From Eledone cirrhosa (taxonomy: Eukaryota), in assembly GCA_964016885.1 (NCBI GenBank), contig OZ024744.1, positions 81,406,001 through 81,470,000 of the forward strand: 64,000 nucleotides of DNA, in the 5' to 3' direction. Each line of letters starts with the position of its first letter. Positions within the stretch are counted from its first letter, which is position 1. Positions 1 to 12,015 of the stretch are shown in pieces. The notes beneath the pieces were generated by a model. The model saw nothing but the letters and a program-made list of their open reading frames with translations. It was not told the origin of the DNA and searched no databases. The translations under genes and the position numbers were made by a program.

Positions 1-1919
1 AATTAAGTCTTTGATAGTAGCGTTAATCGTCAATTTAAAAATTCGTTAAGTCGACTAAATTCCAACACCTATTGTAATAGTAAATGTTATTAACTGAGAC
101 AAATTCCGACCTATTATGAAGATAATCTTATATATTTTGTCATTTATTATTGTTTACAATTTTTATACTATTTAAAAAAATTTTTGATTGAAATATTTTA
201 GTTTTTAATTCGCTATTTTGCCTTGACTATCTATATCCGTTATAAGTGGTTTTGTCTCAAAAAATATTTAGAGGGAAACACCAGTATTCCTTATTGGTAA
301 TGAGTTACCACGTTTTCTCGATTCTCTCTCTATCTTTACCTATCTCTCACCCTCTCTCTATCTCATTAATTTCTATTGATTTGTTTCTTTTGTAAATCAT
401 ATTCATTATATAAACTGTTATATATATAAATAAACGTCATTACAATTCGTTATTTGTTGACGGTTACTTATTGAGGTTGGCCTGTCCTTCCACAAATTAA
501 ATGTTTGTTTATATTTTCTCGATTTTTTTTTTCTTATAAGTTCAATTCAGTGATGTACGAAAATATTTAAATATGTACTTCAATTCCTAAAGTATCGCAT
601 TAGCTGTATTTCCTCTAAATTTAGGATAGATCTTCTGCCTACATAAAAAATTCACTTTCTGCTAAGATGATATATGGCCGTCAGTGATAAAGTTGACCCA
701 GTGGTTTATAAAATTTTCAGGCCACTAACTTCTCTTGGCCCCCGACACTTCATGAACTGACAATATTAGATTACTCTTATCCTCGGTTTACTTCCGCAAC
801 ACCCTGCTCACGTACAGTATATATGTATATATACACACACACACATATATATATATATAAACATTTATATTTGTCGGATTTCCAACAAATTAAATACCCC
901 TTCTACTTATATATATATATATAGTCCCCAATACATCTGATGAAATCGACGAGAAACTACGAGTAATATGACTTCCACGTGTGTTGTTTGCTCTTTTATA
1001 TATTTATATTTTATCATGCCTTTGATACTGTGTGGACAAAGATCGCCGTTGAAAGGTCGGGTACGAAGTGTTTTTTTTTTTTTTTTTTATTTTTAATTTA
1101 TTTGACTGGGTATTTGCGTGTTGAGTTTTGGCTAGTTTAGACTTGTATTTCGTTGTTGGATAGTTGTATAAGGAAAAATTATATATATATATATATCATC
1201 GTACGTCCGATTAGACAGTCTGAGTCAACTGCACTCGTAAATATGTCGGAGCACTGTCATGCTTGGGTACTTTCCATTCTGGCGTTGTTTCTACCTCCAG
1301 ATGCTCTTCCTTACACTAACAACTTTGCAGTGTACTTGGGTGCATTTTATTGTGGCACTAACACTAGTAAAGTTGTCATGCCTTTGATGTGACTGAGAAG
1401 GTCTCCGAGTCCTTTTTAGCATAGTTTTTACTGGTAAATGTATTTCCTAACAGCAACCACTTTACAGAGTATAGTGGATGTATTTTATTATGCCACCAAA
1501 CCTCGTACCATCTAAGACTAAAGATTCCTCACTACTCAACAGTGTCTCCCTTCGTTCAAGTTCGATATGACCAATAGGGTGAAAAGAAGAGAGTGTTGAC
1601 AGGAGGAAGCTGCTAGATGTAACTGAATGCTTGGGGTGTGGGGATGATAGAGGAATGACTGATAGAAGTGAGAGACTGGTGGCAGTTACATGTTTGCTTA
1701 GGAGAGATAGTTTTTGAGTTGTGGGTGTTAATGAATGGGTGGCGATAGTGAGAGAGTTGGCTGCACAGAAAGGGTGATGGTACAGTGTAAAGTGGCATTG
1801 AAGCTACGGTATGATGTATCAAATACAAATAAATCCACTGCAATCACAAAAGAGATGCAGAGTAATAAGAACTGTGGTAGGGGTGGGTTTGAATACAGGC
1901 AGACCCAATGCAATCCATT

Positions 1920-2500
1920 TTTTTACTAGTGGCATGGTACAAAAAACAGGAAAGTGGGAGATAATCAGAGTGATGAGTGTTGGTCAATTTCATTGACATC
2001 CTTAGTTACATGGTGTACTTAATAGGAGAGGTGGTGAGCGTCGGGTAGATGTCTCCTTAATTAGATGGGATAGTAAATAGAAGAGAGGACGAGTTTAAGA
2101 GAGATGAGAGCGTCAGACTGATTCAGTGTCGCTCCTTTGTTACATAGCACAGAGACTAGGAGAGAAGGTGTCAGGTAGATGAGGGGCTCGGAGAGATGCT
2201 TCCATAGTTGCATGGTACAGAAAATAGAAGAGAGACTTGGACATATACAGTGTCATACCTAGTTACATAATGTAGTAAATAGGAAGTGTGTCAGAGATGA
2301 AAGGCTTGAACAGATGTCTCCCTAGTTTACAATGGTCAGCATAGTGTCATGAATAAAGGAGGGGTGTGTGTGATAGAGAGACGAGAGAACTGGGCAGATT
2401 CAGTTCCGCCCCTGGTTTATAAGGTACAAAAGAGGGATGAGAGGCTCTGACAGATCAGGTGCCACTCGTGGTTACCTGAAAAAGTAAATAGGAAAGAAAG
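1920..2500. repeat. Degenerate purine-rich tandem repeat, ~60-70 bp unit
   Basis: Motif like CCTAGTTACATGGTACAG..AAATAGGAAG recurs about 9 times with heavy divergence. Confidence 0.5.
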
Positions 2501-2519
2501 TTAGTGGAATGAGAATGAT

Positions 2520-2903
2520 AATTGTTTCTACTTTTGGCACAAGGCCAGCAATTACCCCAGTGCATTACTGGTACTTTATTTTATCAACCCTGTAAGGATG
2601 AAAGACAAAATTTCAGACTGGGATTTGAACTCAGACCATAAAGGACCATAACTCTATGCTACAAAGCATGGCGTCCGACGCTCTACTGATACTGCCAATA
2701 CACCGCCGAGTAATAATGGTTTCTGATTTGTGGGAGGGGAAAGTTGATTAAATTAACCTTAGTTCATTACTGGTACTTCATTTTATCGACCCAGTAAAGA
2801 TGATAGGCAAAACTAACCTTGGTGGGATTTGAAATCAGAACATAAAGGGCCATCAGTTGAAGCATGGTGTTCAATGCTTTACCAATACTGCCAATTCACC
2901 ACC
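2520..2903 (-). mobile_element. Two tandem tRNA-derived SINEs (MetaSINE-like)
   Basis: Minus strand has A-box TGGCAGTAT, B-box GTTCAAATCC (GATTTCAAATCC in the second copy) and core TTTCATCCTTAC(A/G)GGGTYGATAAAATAAAGTACCAG. Confidence 0.85.
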
Positions 2904-3029
2904 CTTGTGATGAAATGAAATAAGAAGGTATTAAAGATACAAGGATTAGGGGAAACATGGAGATTTAAGTGGGATATATTGAGCAAGTGTATCTCTTTTA
3001 GGGGTCAACAGAAAAGTTTGCGTCACTCA

Positions 3030-3305
3030 TTCCAGCTCTCTGCTATCTGAGTTCTAATCATACGGAGATCAAATTTGATCTTCATCCTTGTGAGGTCAAT
3101 AAAAAAATATCAGTCTTGTACTGGGGTCGGTTTTTCCTCTATATCTCTTGCTTTCTTTCTATCAGTTTCTATCCTTCTCTAGAAGAAATCTGTTGTGTTC
3201 AAACCTGAAGAGGAAATGGGCTCCACAGAGTTCTAAAATGTCCAAGAAACACTGATTGCCAATACAACGGCCCTACAACTCAACCAGGAGTTACAGGTTC
3301 ATACA
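3030..3305 (+). mobile_element. MetaSINE-like SINE with a distinct 3' tail
   Basis: Same core followed by GAAGAAATCTG..GGGCTC tail; homologous to 9140-9465, 40074-40390 and 60256-60600. Confidence 0.65.
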
Positions 3306-3498
3306 TACATCTCTTCAGAAGCAGGGATATGATTTGATTGGCCGGTGTTGTGTTCAGAGTGGAAATCTCATTTGCTATTAAAATGGTATAAGTTTAGTTG
3401 TAGGACAAAGGATCCCTATAATAATATCTACTTTCTACTTTCTTACCAGTCTTAACATCTGTTGTCTTTATCTTATCTGTACCCCCTTTATATATATA

Positions 3499-3597
3499 CA
3501 GGGTGCCCCAAAAAATGTATACACACTTTCATTACCTGTACAGGCAATATATATTAGAATGGTGTTGAAGTGTGTATACATTTTGGGGGATACCCTG
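3499..3597. mobile_element. Tc1/mariner-type MITE (99 bp)
   Basis: ~30-bp TIRs CAGGGTGCCCCAAAAAATGTATACACACTT / AAGTGTGTATACATTTTGGGGGATACCCTG flanked by TA. Confidence 0.8.
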
Positions 3598-3599
3598 TA

Positions 3600-4575
3600 T
3601 AATTGGGGATGGTCTGCTGCAATAATAAACACTGATTTTGTGAGCCATCTCTGAATCAAATATTTTGTCTATTCTCTGTGTTTGCCATAATTCCTTTTAT
3701 CGATTAATTAATTATGCAATCCGCATCTGATGATGTCACCAGGATCTTACATAAACAGGCTATTGAAATACATATAGTGTATTTTGCAACAATAAAACAA
3801 CTTCAAAGGGATATCCTCAGTCTGGTGTCCTGTTGTTTTAATCAAATGAATATTTGGCTCTGTTCCTATACCAACCACAGGATTCAACATCAACGATGAA
3901 TGAGTTGCATAATGTAAAGTGCTTTTCCTACTGTTACATTATGGTTAATTAAACAGAATGACCAGTTCTATCCATTGATGAACCACAAAACCTAATATAT
4001 ATGTATATATATATACATATATGACACGACAAAAAGCGCCCTGTCCACACTATAAAGTGGTTGTGTTGGTATCCCAACAAAAGCACCCCAAACTCGCTGT
4101 AAAAATACACACTCACAGGCATACATTCATACAAATACACACAAACACCCATACATTCACACAAACACTCACACACATTGTAGCAAATGGAATGCCAGCT
4201 GCTATTTTGCTATAGTTTTTCAGCTTCCCTTTCCTTCCTTTTACACATACATTCACACAAACACACACACATTGTGTGACAGACGGATATAAGTCTCTCA
4301 AATTTATATATAGATGCTGAGCATCTATGTGTTGATGTTCAATCAGCTGTTGAATGCATTGCAGGTTGGTATGAAAGTCAATGCAGCCAAGACAAAGATA
4401 GAATCGTCTAGTATCTTTTCTTCTGATAGAATCCTTGTCATACACAGTGGTGAGATTCTCAGTGCTACTTTCACTGCCACAAACCAAAATAAAGACGAGA
4501 TAGATATTCATTTCAGCCAAGCACATGTAACATTCAAAGCCAACTCTGGTCTGGGACAGAGATCCTTCTGGCCTT
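3600..4575 (+). pseudogene. Highly decayed RTE-like RT fragment, interrupted at ~3990-4310
   Basis: QRDILSLVSCCFN resembles QGDxLSPxLFN; VGMKVNAAKTK and KDEIDIHFSQAHVTF resemble RT motif 6 and the thumb. Confidence 0.5.
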
Positions 4576-4689
4576 AAAAAATACATTTATTGAGCACCTG
4601 TTCAAAGTATGCCAATGTTAAAATTTGATTAATCTTTGGAAACTGTATTTGGCCTCATATCCAAGCATATATCTAAAGTCTTGAGCTCA

Positions 4690-4880
4690 GAGGCTCATCA
4701 GGCCGGTGTTTATCCCAGTTTCCATGGCAACTGAGAGTACAAAACTCCTTGCTGGTACTCATTTTCAGCTGAATATACTTGAGTAACATAAAATGAAGTG
4801 TTTTGCTCAAGAACACAACACGCAACACCAGTCTAGGAATCAAACCCAGCAGCCTTACCACAAGGCAACATGCCTCCAAC
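4690..4880 (-). mobile_element. CORE-type tRNA SINE
   Basis: Minus strand GTTGTGTTCTTGAGCAAAACACTT core; similar to 10214-10545. Confidence 0.65.
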
Positions 4881-4939
4881 CCAAGCATATATCTTGCAAG
4901 CAGGGAAAAGCGGACGTAAAATGATGATGATGATGATAA

Positions 4940-5690
4940 AGAATTAAGGATATGAAGACTGGGAAAGCTGCCAGTCCATCGGGAATAGTTGCCAAGATGC
5001 TGAAAGCATCTCTGGTCGGTAGATCACACATATTGTAAACCAATACTAAATGGTGTCATACCAAATGATTGGCACAGCAGTCTTATTTAGCAACTGCTAC
5101 AAGAGTAAAGGAAATGCACTAGATAGAGGAAACTATAGAGGTATAAAGCCATGAAAGTAACTGAAAGAGTTATAGCACAGTTAATTAGGGACAGGGTAAG
5201 ACAGCTGCAGAAAAAGGTGCAGAGCACTCAAAGTCGATGGAAGCCATAGAGTGGGGAGATCTAGGAAGACTTGGGATGAGGTAATAAAAGCCATGCCCAA
5301 TTGCACCTCTCAAAGGCGATGACACAGGACTGAGATCTCTTGCGTTATGCAGTAATACAGAAGACCCAACTTCCCACGGGCACCAGCTGAAGATGAAGCA
5401 TATAGACAGTATGCATCATAACATCCCACCCTCTCATGAGGACAGGCTGAAGCATACATCCAGTGAAGCCTCCAACCCACACTGTAAAGTGGTCGTGTAG
5501 GCGTCACGCCAAAAAGCACCCAGTACTCACTGTAAATGAGGTTGGCGTTAGGAAGGGCATCAAACTAGAAACAAAGCCAAAATCAGTTCTGTATGAGCCA
5601 GACATGGTCACCTGACTAGAATTATCCACTACAGGACAACTCGTCTAACCCATGCTAGTGTGGAAAAATTGTTGTAAAACGGTGATGGTT
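4940..5690 (+). mobile_element. Internally deleted RTE LINE copy with 3' UTR
   Basis: KDMKTGKAASPSGIVAKMLKAS..NYRGIK fused to the ORF end, then UTR with GGAAGGGCATC and AACCCATGCTAG. Confidence 0.8.
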
Positions 5691-7024
5691 AGTTGTTTTA
5701 GATGTTCATTTTTCCTGTTAAAGTTGGGATTAACCATATGGATCCTATAATAGACCTTTAGACACTTATCACACTGATGCAGTAAGCCTATTCTAAACTG
5801 GTTACACACAGATTAAAAAAGAAATTAGTATATTCATGTTAAATGATAATATACCACTGGTTATCAAAGACAAGAGGAAGTAAAATTAGCCAACAAGATA
5901 ATTCTTAGATGGACAGAACTTGAAGCAACTCTTATCAAGATCACCTCGGTAATCAAATGAACAGAGCAAAATTGAATGTAAGAGTGAGAGAGAAGCATAT
6001 TAATGAACTAACAGATAAATTAGAAACAACCACCAAGTATTACAGATATGACTGTTTAAATTATATATATATATAATTTAAATTATATATATAAACCCGC
6101 CAGACAGTCCTATGCGAGCAAGACAACCACTCTTGCCTCAAGTGGGAAAACCCCCGTCCAAACCCATGCAAGCGTGGAACACGGACGCTAAACCTGATGA
6201 TGATGATAGCCATACTGTAAGGTGGTTGTGTAGGAGACACAGTAAAAAGACTCCCAATCCACACTGTAAATGTGGTTAGTCTTAAAAACATAAATACATG
6301 TAAACAAAACAAAGATAGAGAGACAAATAGCTATAATCCTGCCATGATTGAGATTATACCTATCTCTGTACCCACCCTGCATCTCGCCATGCTTTGAGTA
6401 CTCCCATGATTTGTGGTCACCCCACTCTCAGTACCACAGACTCTATATACAACTATATCATCATCACCATTTTTCCACACTAGCATGGGTTAGACAAGTT
6501 GTCCTGTTGTGGGCAATGCTAGGTCAGGTGACCATGTCTTGCTGACACAGAACTGATTTGGGCTTGGTTTCTACAGCTGGATGCCCTTCCTAACGCCAAC
6601 CTCATTTACAGTGAGTGCTGGGTGATTTTTCTTGTGACACCTACATGATCACTTTACAGTGTGGGGTGGGTGTTTTTTACCATGTCACCATTACAGTGTG
6701 GGCTATATATATATATATATATCTGTAAAGTTGGTACCACAACATCCAGTCCAAATAAATGAGATCGTGTAGGTGTCACGACAAAAAAACACACAGTCCA
6801 CGCTGTAATGTGACCATGTAGGTAACACGGTAAAAGGTTCCCAGTTCCACACTGTAAATGTGGTTGGTATTAGGAAGGGCATCCAGCTGTAGAAAACCTA
6901 CCAGATAGTCCTATATGAGCGAGACACGGTCACCCGACCAACCTTGCCTCAAGTGGCACAACTCCCATCTAACCCATGCTAGCGTGGAAGATGGACGTTA
7001 AATGATGATGAGGATGAGGATGAG

Positions 7025-7216
7025 GGGGTTTAAGGGTATTGTGAAAGGCTAGCTGGAGGCCCAACCTTCCAGTTCTTTTTATAAGGCTTAGAAAACACAA
7101 AGGACCGCAGCGATAAGTGTGTGAATCTGAGAGGAGAATAAGTTGAATAAAATCATAATTAACTGATCCTCCTGTATTTTCTTTTACCTAAAGCCAGGAA
7201 CTTTTCAGCACCCTCT

Positions 7217-7218
<2 letters not shown>
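7025..7218 (+). mobile_element. Mariner transposase 3' relic plus right TIR
   Basis: DKCVNLRGE*VE* resembles the mariner C-terminus (KC..GDYVE); ends AACTTTTCAGCACCCTC next to (TA)n. Confidence 0.6.
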
Positions 7219-7261
<43 letters not shown>

Positions 7262-7262
<1 letters not shown>

Positions 7263-8490
7263 TAGCGTAAAAGTAGGTGTTCACCAAGGCTCCATCCTTA
7301 GCCACTCCTGTTTATTATTGTCCTACAGGCTTTAACAGAAGGGTTTAAGACTGGCTGCCTATGAGAATTTCTCTATGCAGATGATCTAACTCTCATAGCT
7401 GAATCTATGGCTGAACTAGAGAAGAAATTCCAAACATGGAAGCATGGCCTAGAATCTAAAGGCCTTAAAGTTAACTTGTCTAAGACTAAAGTTCTAGTAT
7501 GTAGAAAGAAGAATAGGGCACAGATGCCCTCTGGGAAATGGCTATGCTCAGTGCATAAGAAAGGGGTAGGTAGAAATTTCATTCTATGCCCAAAATGCAA
7601 ACTATGGGTACATAAAAAATGTAGTGGGATCACAGGTAAGCTATCTAAGAACGTAGATTTTATATGGGTTTCTGATGCTCAGGTGTAATAAGTAGCAAGT
7701 GCCAACTGGATACTAACTTCTTCAACTGCCCAAATGGTTCAATAGAAATAGTAGACACTTTCTGTTATCTGGGTGACGAAATCATGAGTGGAGGAGTGTG
7801 TTCTGAAAGTACAGTAGCCAGAGTTAGAACAGGATGGAAAAAGTTCAGAGAGCTTATACCACTGTTGGCCACAAATGGTTTCTCTCTAAAAGTGAAAGGC
7901 AGATTGTATGATGCTTGTATACGAACGGCAATATTACATGGTAGTGAGACCTGGGCATTGTGTGCTGAAGACTTGCATAGATTAGAAAGATGTGTCATAA
8001 TAATGTATGCAAACGGGAAAGCATAAATGTGTTGAGAGAGAAACTAAGCATAAGAGGTATCAAATGTGTGCAGGAGAGGAGATTGTGTTGGTATGGACAT
8101 GTGATGGTTATGAAGGACAACAGCTGTATAAAAAGTACAGAGCGATCAAAATTGATGGAAGCTACAGAGTGGTAGGTTCAAAAAAACCTGGGACGAGGTG
8201 ATAAAAATTTCCGTCCACTGTAAAGTGGTCATATAGGAGACACTACAAAAAGCACCCAGTCCACACTGTAAAGTGGTCATGCAGGAGACACGGTAAAAAG
8301 GCTCCCAGTCCACACTGTAAATGTGGTTGGTGTTAAGAAGAGCATCCTGCTATAGAAACCTGCCAGAAACAGTGCTGTACGAGTGTGACACGGTCACCCG
8401 ACCAATCATGCCTCAAGTGGGACAAACCCGGCCAACCTATGCTAGCATGGAAGATGGATGTTAAACGATGATAAGGATTATGATGATACA
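7262..8490 (+). mobile_element. 5'-truncated, decayed RTE LINE
   Basis: GVHQGSILS, LYADD, Cys-rich insert, HGSETW, 3' UTR and (ATG)n tail; stops and frameshifts. Confidence 0.9.
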
Positions 8491-9139
8491 TGTACATATG
8501 AAGAGATTCAGGACCCCACCGGCTGAGTTCAGCCGTCAGGGTCCTGAATCTCTTCATATTACCCATACTACTACCCACAAGTATTGAGTACTCTGGTGGG
8601 TTACGGTCCATCTGAGCTAAACATGTATATATATATGTAAATGGATTTTCATCTGTTCTGATAATGATGAGTGTTCCAGTTGTTCAATCAATGGAACAGC
8701 CTGCTCATGAAATTAACATGTAAATGGCTGAGAGTTCAACAGATGTGTATATCCTTAAACCTTACTCTCTTATGCTTACATTCAACTTTGTTTTGAGCAT
8801 TTGTTTATTGGGATGATCTTGATAAGACTAGCTTCAAGTTATGTCCAGCTAAGAATTATTTTTCCTACTCAGAACTAAGAATTATTTTGCCTACTCAGTG
8901 TAACAAGGCTATCCCCTTTGAATTACAGGTATAGTCCATCTAATGGACTCCCCAACAGTTTCCATCTACACAATTTCACACAGAAGTCACAGATTGATCT
9001 AAAGCTATGATAAATGACATTTGATCAAAATGCCATGCTGTGGGATCAAACTCAGAACCTTGATTGTGAAGCAAACTTCTTAACAATTGAGCCATACTGT
9101 GTCCACACACCCACATATGTATATATATATATATATATA

Positions 9140-9465
9140 TATATGTATGGTCTCGTAATTCCTGATAGAGTTGTAGCGGCACCGTATTGACATACAGTGT
9201 TTCATGAGCATTTTAAGCCTGGCGGAGCTCGTCCCTCTCCAGGCTTGAGTACAGAGAAAAATAGAATGTGAGAGAGAGGAAATTAGAAAAAGATATAGAG
9301 GAAGAATCGACCCCAGTACTAGACTGGTACTTTTTTCTATTGACCTCGAAAGGATGAAAGGCAAAGTTAACCTCATTGGGATTTGGACTCAGAAAGCAGA
9401 AAGCTGGAACAAATACTATTAAGCATTCTATCTAACATTCTAACGACTCTGCCAATTCACCGCCT
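9140..9465 (-). mobile_element. MetaSINE-like SINE
   Basis: GGCGGTGAATTGGCAGAGTCG head and GCCTTTCATCCTTTCGAGGTCAAT core. Confidence 0.75.
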
Positions 9466-9499
9466 TATGTATATATAGTTGTAGAAAGTATATGATTTT

Positions 9500-9860
9500 T
9501 CCATACCAAGAATTTGTTCTTCTTCCTCCACATATAATGACATAATTCTCCTTGCATACATTTCGTTCATCTCAGGAGAAGGTTCTCACACACTACCGTT
9601 ATGTCTTCCGGTTTTCTAAAGGCAATATTTGGTTGTAACCTTTTTGAAATATTCACTTCTGCATCTACAGATTGATTTTTCTCAGTTTAAAATGATCCAG
9701 CTTAGGGTCAAAAGCAGAACCTTTTTGCTGAAATTTTTAATCTGTACTAATAATATATATAAATCTATGGATTTATATATATTTATTTGTATATATATAT
9801 ATATATATATACAACCCTTATTGAGTCCTCTTTGGATTTTGGTCTTTCTATTCATTATTA
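9500..9860 (+). mobile_element. Solo Penelope-like terminal repeat (pLTR), decayed
   Basis: Homologous to the sequence 3' of the PLE at 37530-37700 and to 22600-22795 and 51880-52000; decayed hammerhead-like motif at ~9684-9735. Confidence 0.55.
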
Positions 9861-10213
9861 CTATATATATATTTTTTTCTTTTTCCACACTGACATGTCT
9901 AACCTCTTCTATGCTACTCAACTCCATACCATAATAAATATTACCATCTCTATATTACATGCCTCCACATAATATCATACATGTACTATAGTGCACGCAT
10001 ACTAACACAAGTACACCTACTTTGCTATTTCAAATTTACATCTTTGAGTTATTTCCATTTGTTATGGTACGTTTTTGGAAACAAGCGTTTTAATGGGCTA
10101 CACTTTTAACAGTATCTTCAAATTCATCTAAGCACCTGAAGATTAAGTCACAAATTAGATCCCTCTTACAATCAGGTAGTGCTTTTGCTCCGTGTGTATG
10201 AACATAGTTGTGA

Positions 10214-10545
10214 AGGCACTTGGCTTAGTAGTTAGAGCATCAGGCTTACAATCATGAGGTTGAGAGTTCAATTTTCGAACCGGGCTGTGTGTTGTATTCT
10301 TGAGCAAGACACTTTATTTTCACGTTACTCCAGTTTAGTCAGCTGTAGAAATGAGTTGTGATGTCACTGGTGCCAAGCTGTATCGACCATTACCTTTTCC
10401 TTGGAAAACATCGGTGGTGCGGAAAAGGGAGGCTGGTATGCATGGGTGACTGCTGGTCTTTCACAAACAACCTTGCCCGGACTTGTGCCTCGGAGGAGAA
10501 CTTTCTAGGTTCAAATCCTATGGTCATTTATGGGGTCTTTAACAT
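10214..10545 (+). mobile_element. CORE-type tRNA SINE
   Basis: TGGCTTAGTAG A-box, GTTCAATT B-box, TTCTTGAGCAAGACACTTTA core. Confidence 0.8.
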
Positions 10546-10561
10546 TTATGAATATAGATAA

Positions 10562-10745
10562 ATAATTGTTTCTACGTTAGGCACAAGGCCAGCAATTACA
10601 CAGTGGATTACTGGTACTTTATTTTATCGACCCCGTAAGGATGAAAGGCAAAGTTAACCTCGGCGGGATTTGAACTCAGAATGGCAAGGGCCGTAACTCT
10701 ATACGTCAAAGCATGGCGTCCGACCCTCTACCGATACTGCCAATT
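10562..10745 (-). mobile_element. MetaSINE-like SINE
   Basis: A/B boxes and core as in the other copies. Confidence 0.85.
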
Positions 10746-10769
10746 AAATAATATTATATATATATATAT

Positions 10770-11433
10770 CGACAGTCAATCGACTTTCTCTCTTCCGTAG
10801 GATCAGCATAGAATTGGTCCTTGGCAGCTTTCAGATGTTCTCTGGCTGCACACACTTTTGGGTCAGAGCAGGAGAGTTAAGGCGAAAAAGATATTGGATG
10901 TTAAATTTGCCGACGGCATAGTTTTTCATCCTCAGTGTATACTGATTAATGTTCAGAGCCATCCTCAGCATTCTCGTGTAGCACCCATCCACCATCTGAG
11001 TGAGTTTCTTGGTCAGTGTCCAAGTCTCAGACCCGTACAGCAGCACAGACTCCACTACAGCAATGAAGAGGCAGATCTTCGGGTCTTTATGGAGGTCCAA
11101 CTTCCACACCGATCTCAAGCTGTGGCACGCCGCCCAGGCTTTGCTCTTCCTCTCAACCACATCATCTTCCGTATTCCCAATCTTTGCTCCCAAATACAGG
11201 AAGTCCTCAACCAATTCTAGCGGCTTCCCGCCTACATTAGTGATCCCCTCTGGCTTCTCAGCATTCTCTACCAGATATTTTGTTTTAGTCTCATTCATTC
11301 TCAGCCCCACACTCATCAACACAGTCTCAACCTCCTGCATCAAATCCTCTACCTTCTTCACTGTATTTGTCACCAAAACTATGTCGTCGGCAAATTCAGC
11401 ATCTGATACCTTTTTCGCCTTAACTCTCCTGCT
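10770..11433 (-). pseudogene. RTE RT fragment with an inverted piece (10770-10917 +, 10918-11433 -)
   Basis: EFADD, GLRMNETKTK, DFLYLG, LLYGSETW. Confidence 0.8.
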
Positions 11434-11535
11434 CTATATATATGTCAACATGAATGGACCTGTTATTTTTATCTAAAGACATTTTTTCAAATTCCAACCC
11501 GTCCATCCCCTCAATCTATCTTATTTCTCATTCTT

Positions 11536-11571
11536 TCTTATGATGAAGGACTAGTGTCCGAAACGTTAAGA
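11536..11571 (+). ncRNA. Minimal type I hammerhead motif (C3A, probably inactive) in a PLE 3' relic (~11450-11640)
   Basis: TCTT-ATGATGA-A-GGAC tagt GTCC-GAAA-CG-TT-AAGA; palindromic ACGT stem III. Confidence 0.7.
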
Positions 11572-11667
11572 CCCTCCTCCTGCTTTATCAAGCGTTAACC
11601 TAATATATCCCTTCCATATACTGTAATGATTGTGTTGTTATTTCTGTTATATATATATATATATATA

Positions 11668-11753
11668 CAGAGTGTCCCCCAAAAATACATACACACTTCA
11701 ACAGCATTCTAATAAAGTGTGTATGCATTTGGGTAGGGGGGGGGGGTACCCTG
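11668..11753. mobile_element. Tc1/mariner-type MITE, same family as 3499-3597
   Basis: TIRs CAGAGTGTCCCC..ACACACTT / AAGTGTGT..TACCCTG within (TA)n. Confidence 0.7.
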
Positions 11754-12015
11754 TGTATATATATTTGGTGAGGTTGTTGAATGTGGAGAATGAATAGGAG
11801 AGAATTACAGAGAGCAATTCATTTCTTGTGCTGACAGAGGATATAGCTGAGAAAATGGTTGAGGAAGCAATATGAATAATTGTTTCTACTTTTGGCACAA
11901 GGCCAGCAATTACTCAGTACATTACTGGTACTTTATTTTATCGACCTCTGTAAGGATGAAAGGCAAAGTTAACCTCGGCGGGATTTGAACTCAGATCGTA
12001 AAGGGACGTAACTAT

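Noticed and set aside
4113-4586. 157-aa minus-strand ORF as a host exon
   Set aside because: The opposite strand has RTE RT similarity and the ORF runs into a (TG)n repeat.
10131-10183. Hammerhead motif AGCAC-CTGAAGA...GTA-GTGCT
   Set aside because: No GAAA and no convincing stem II; a relic at best.
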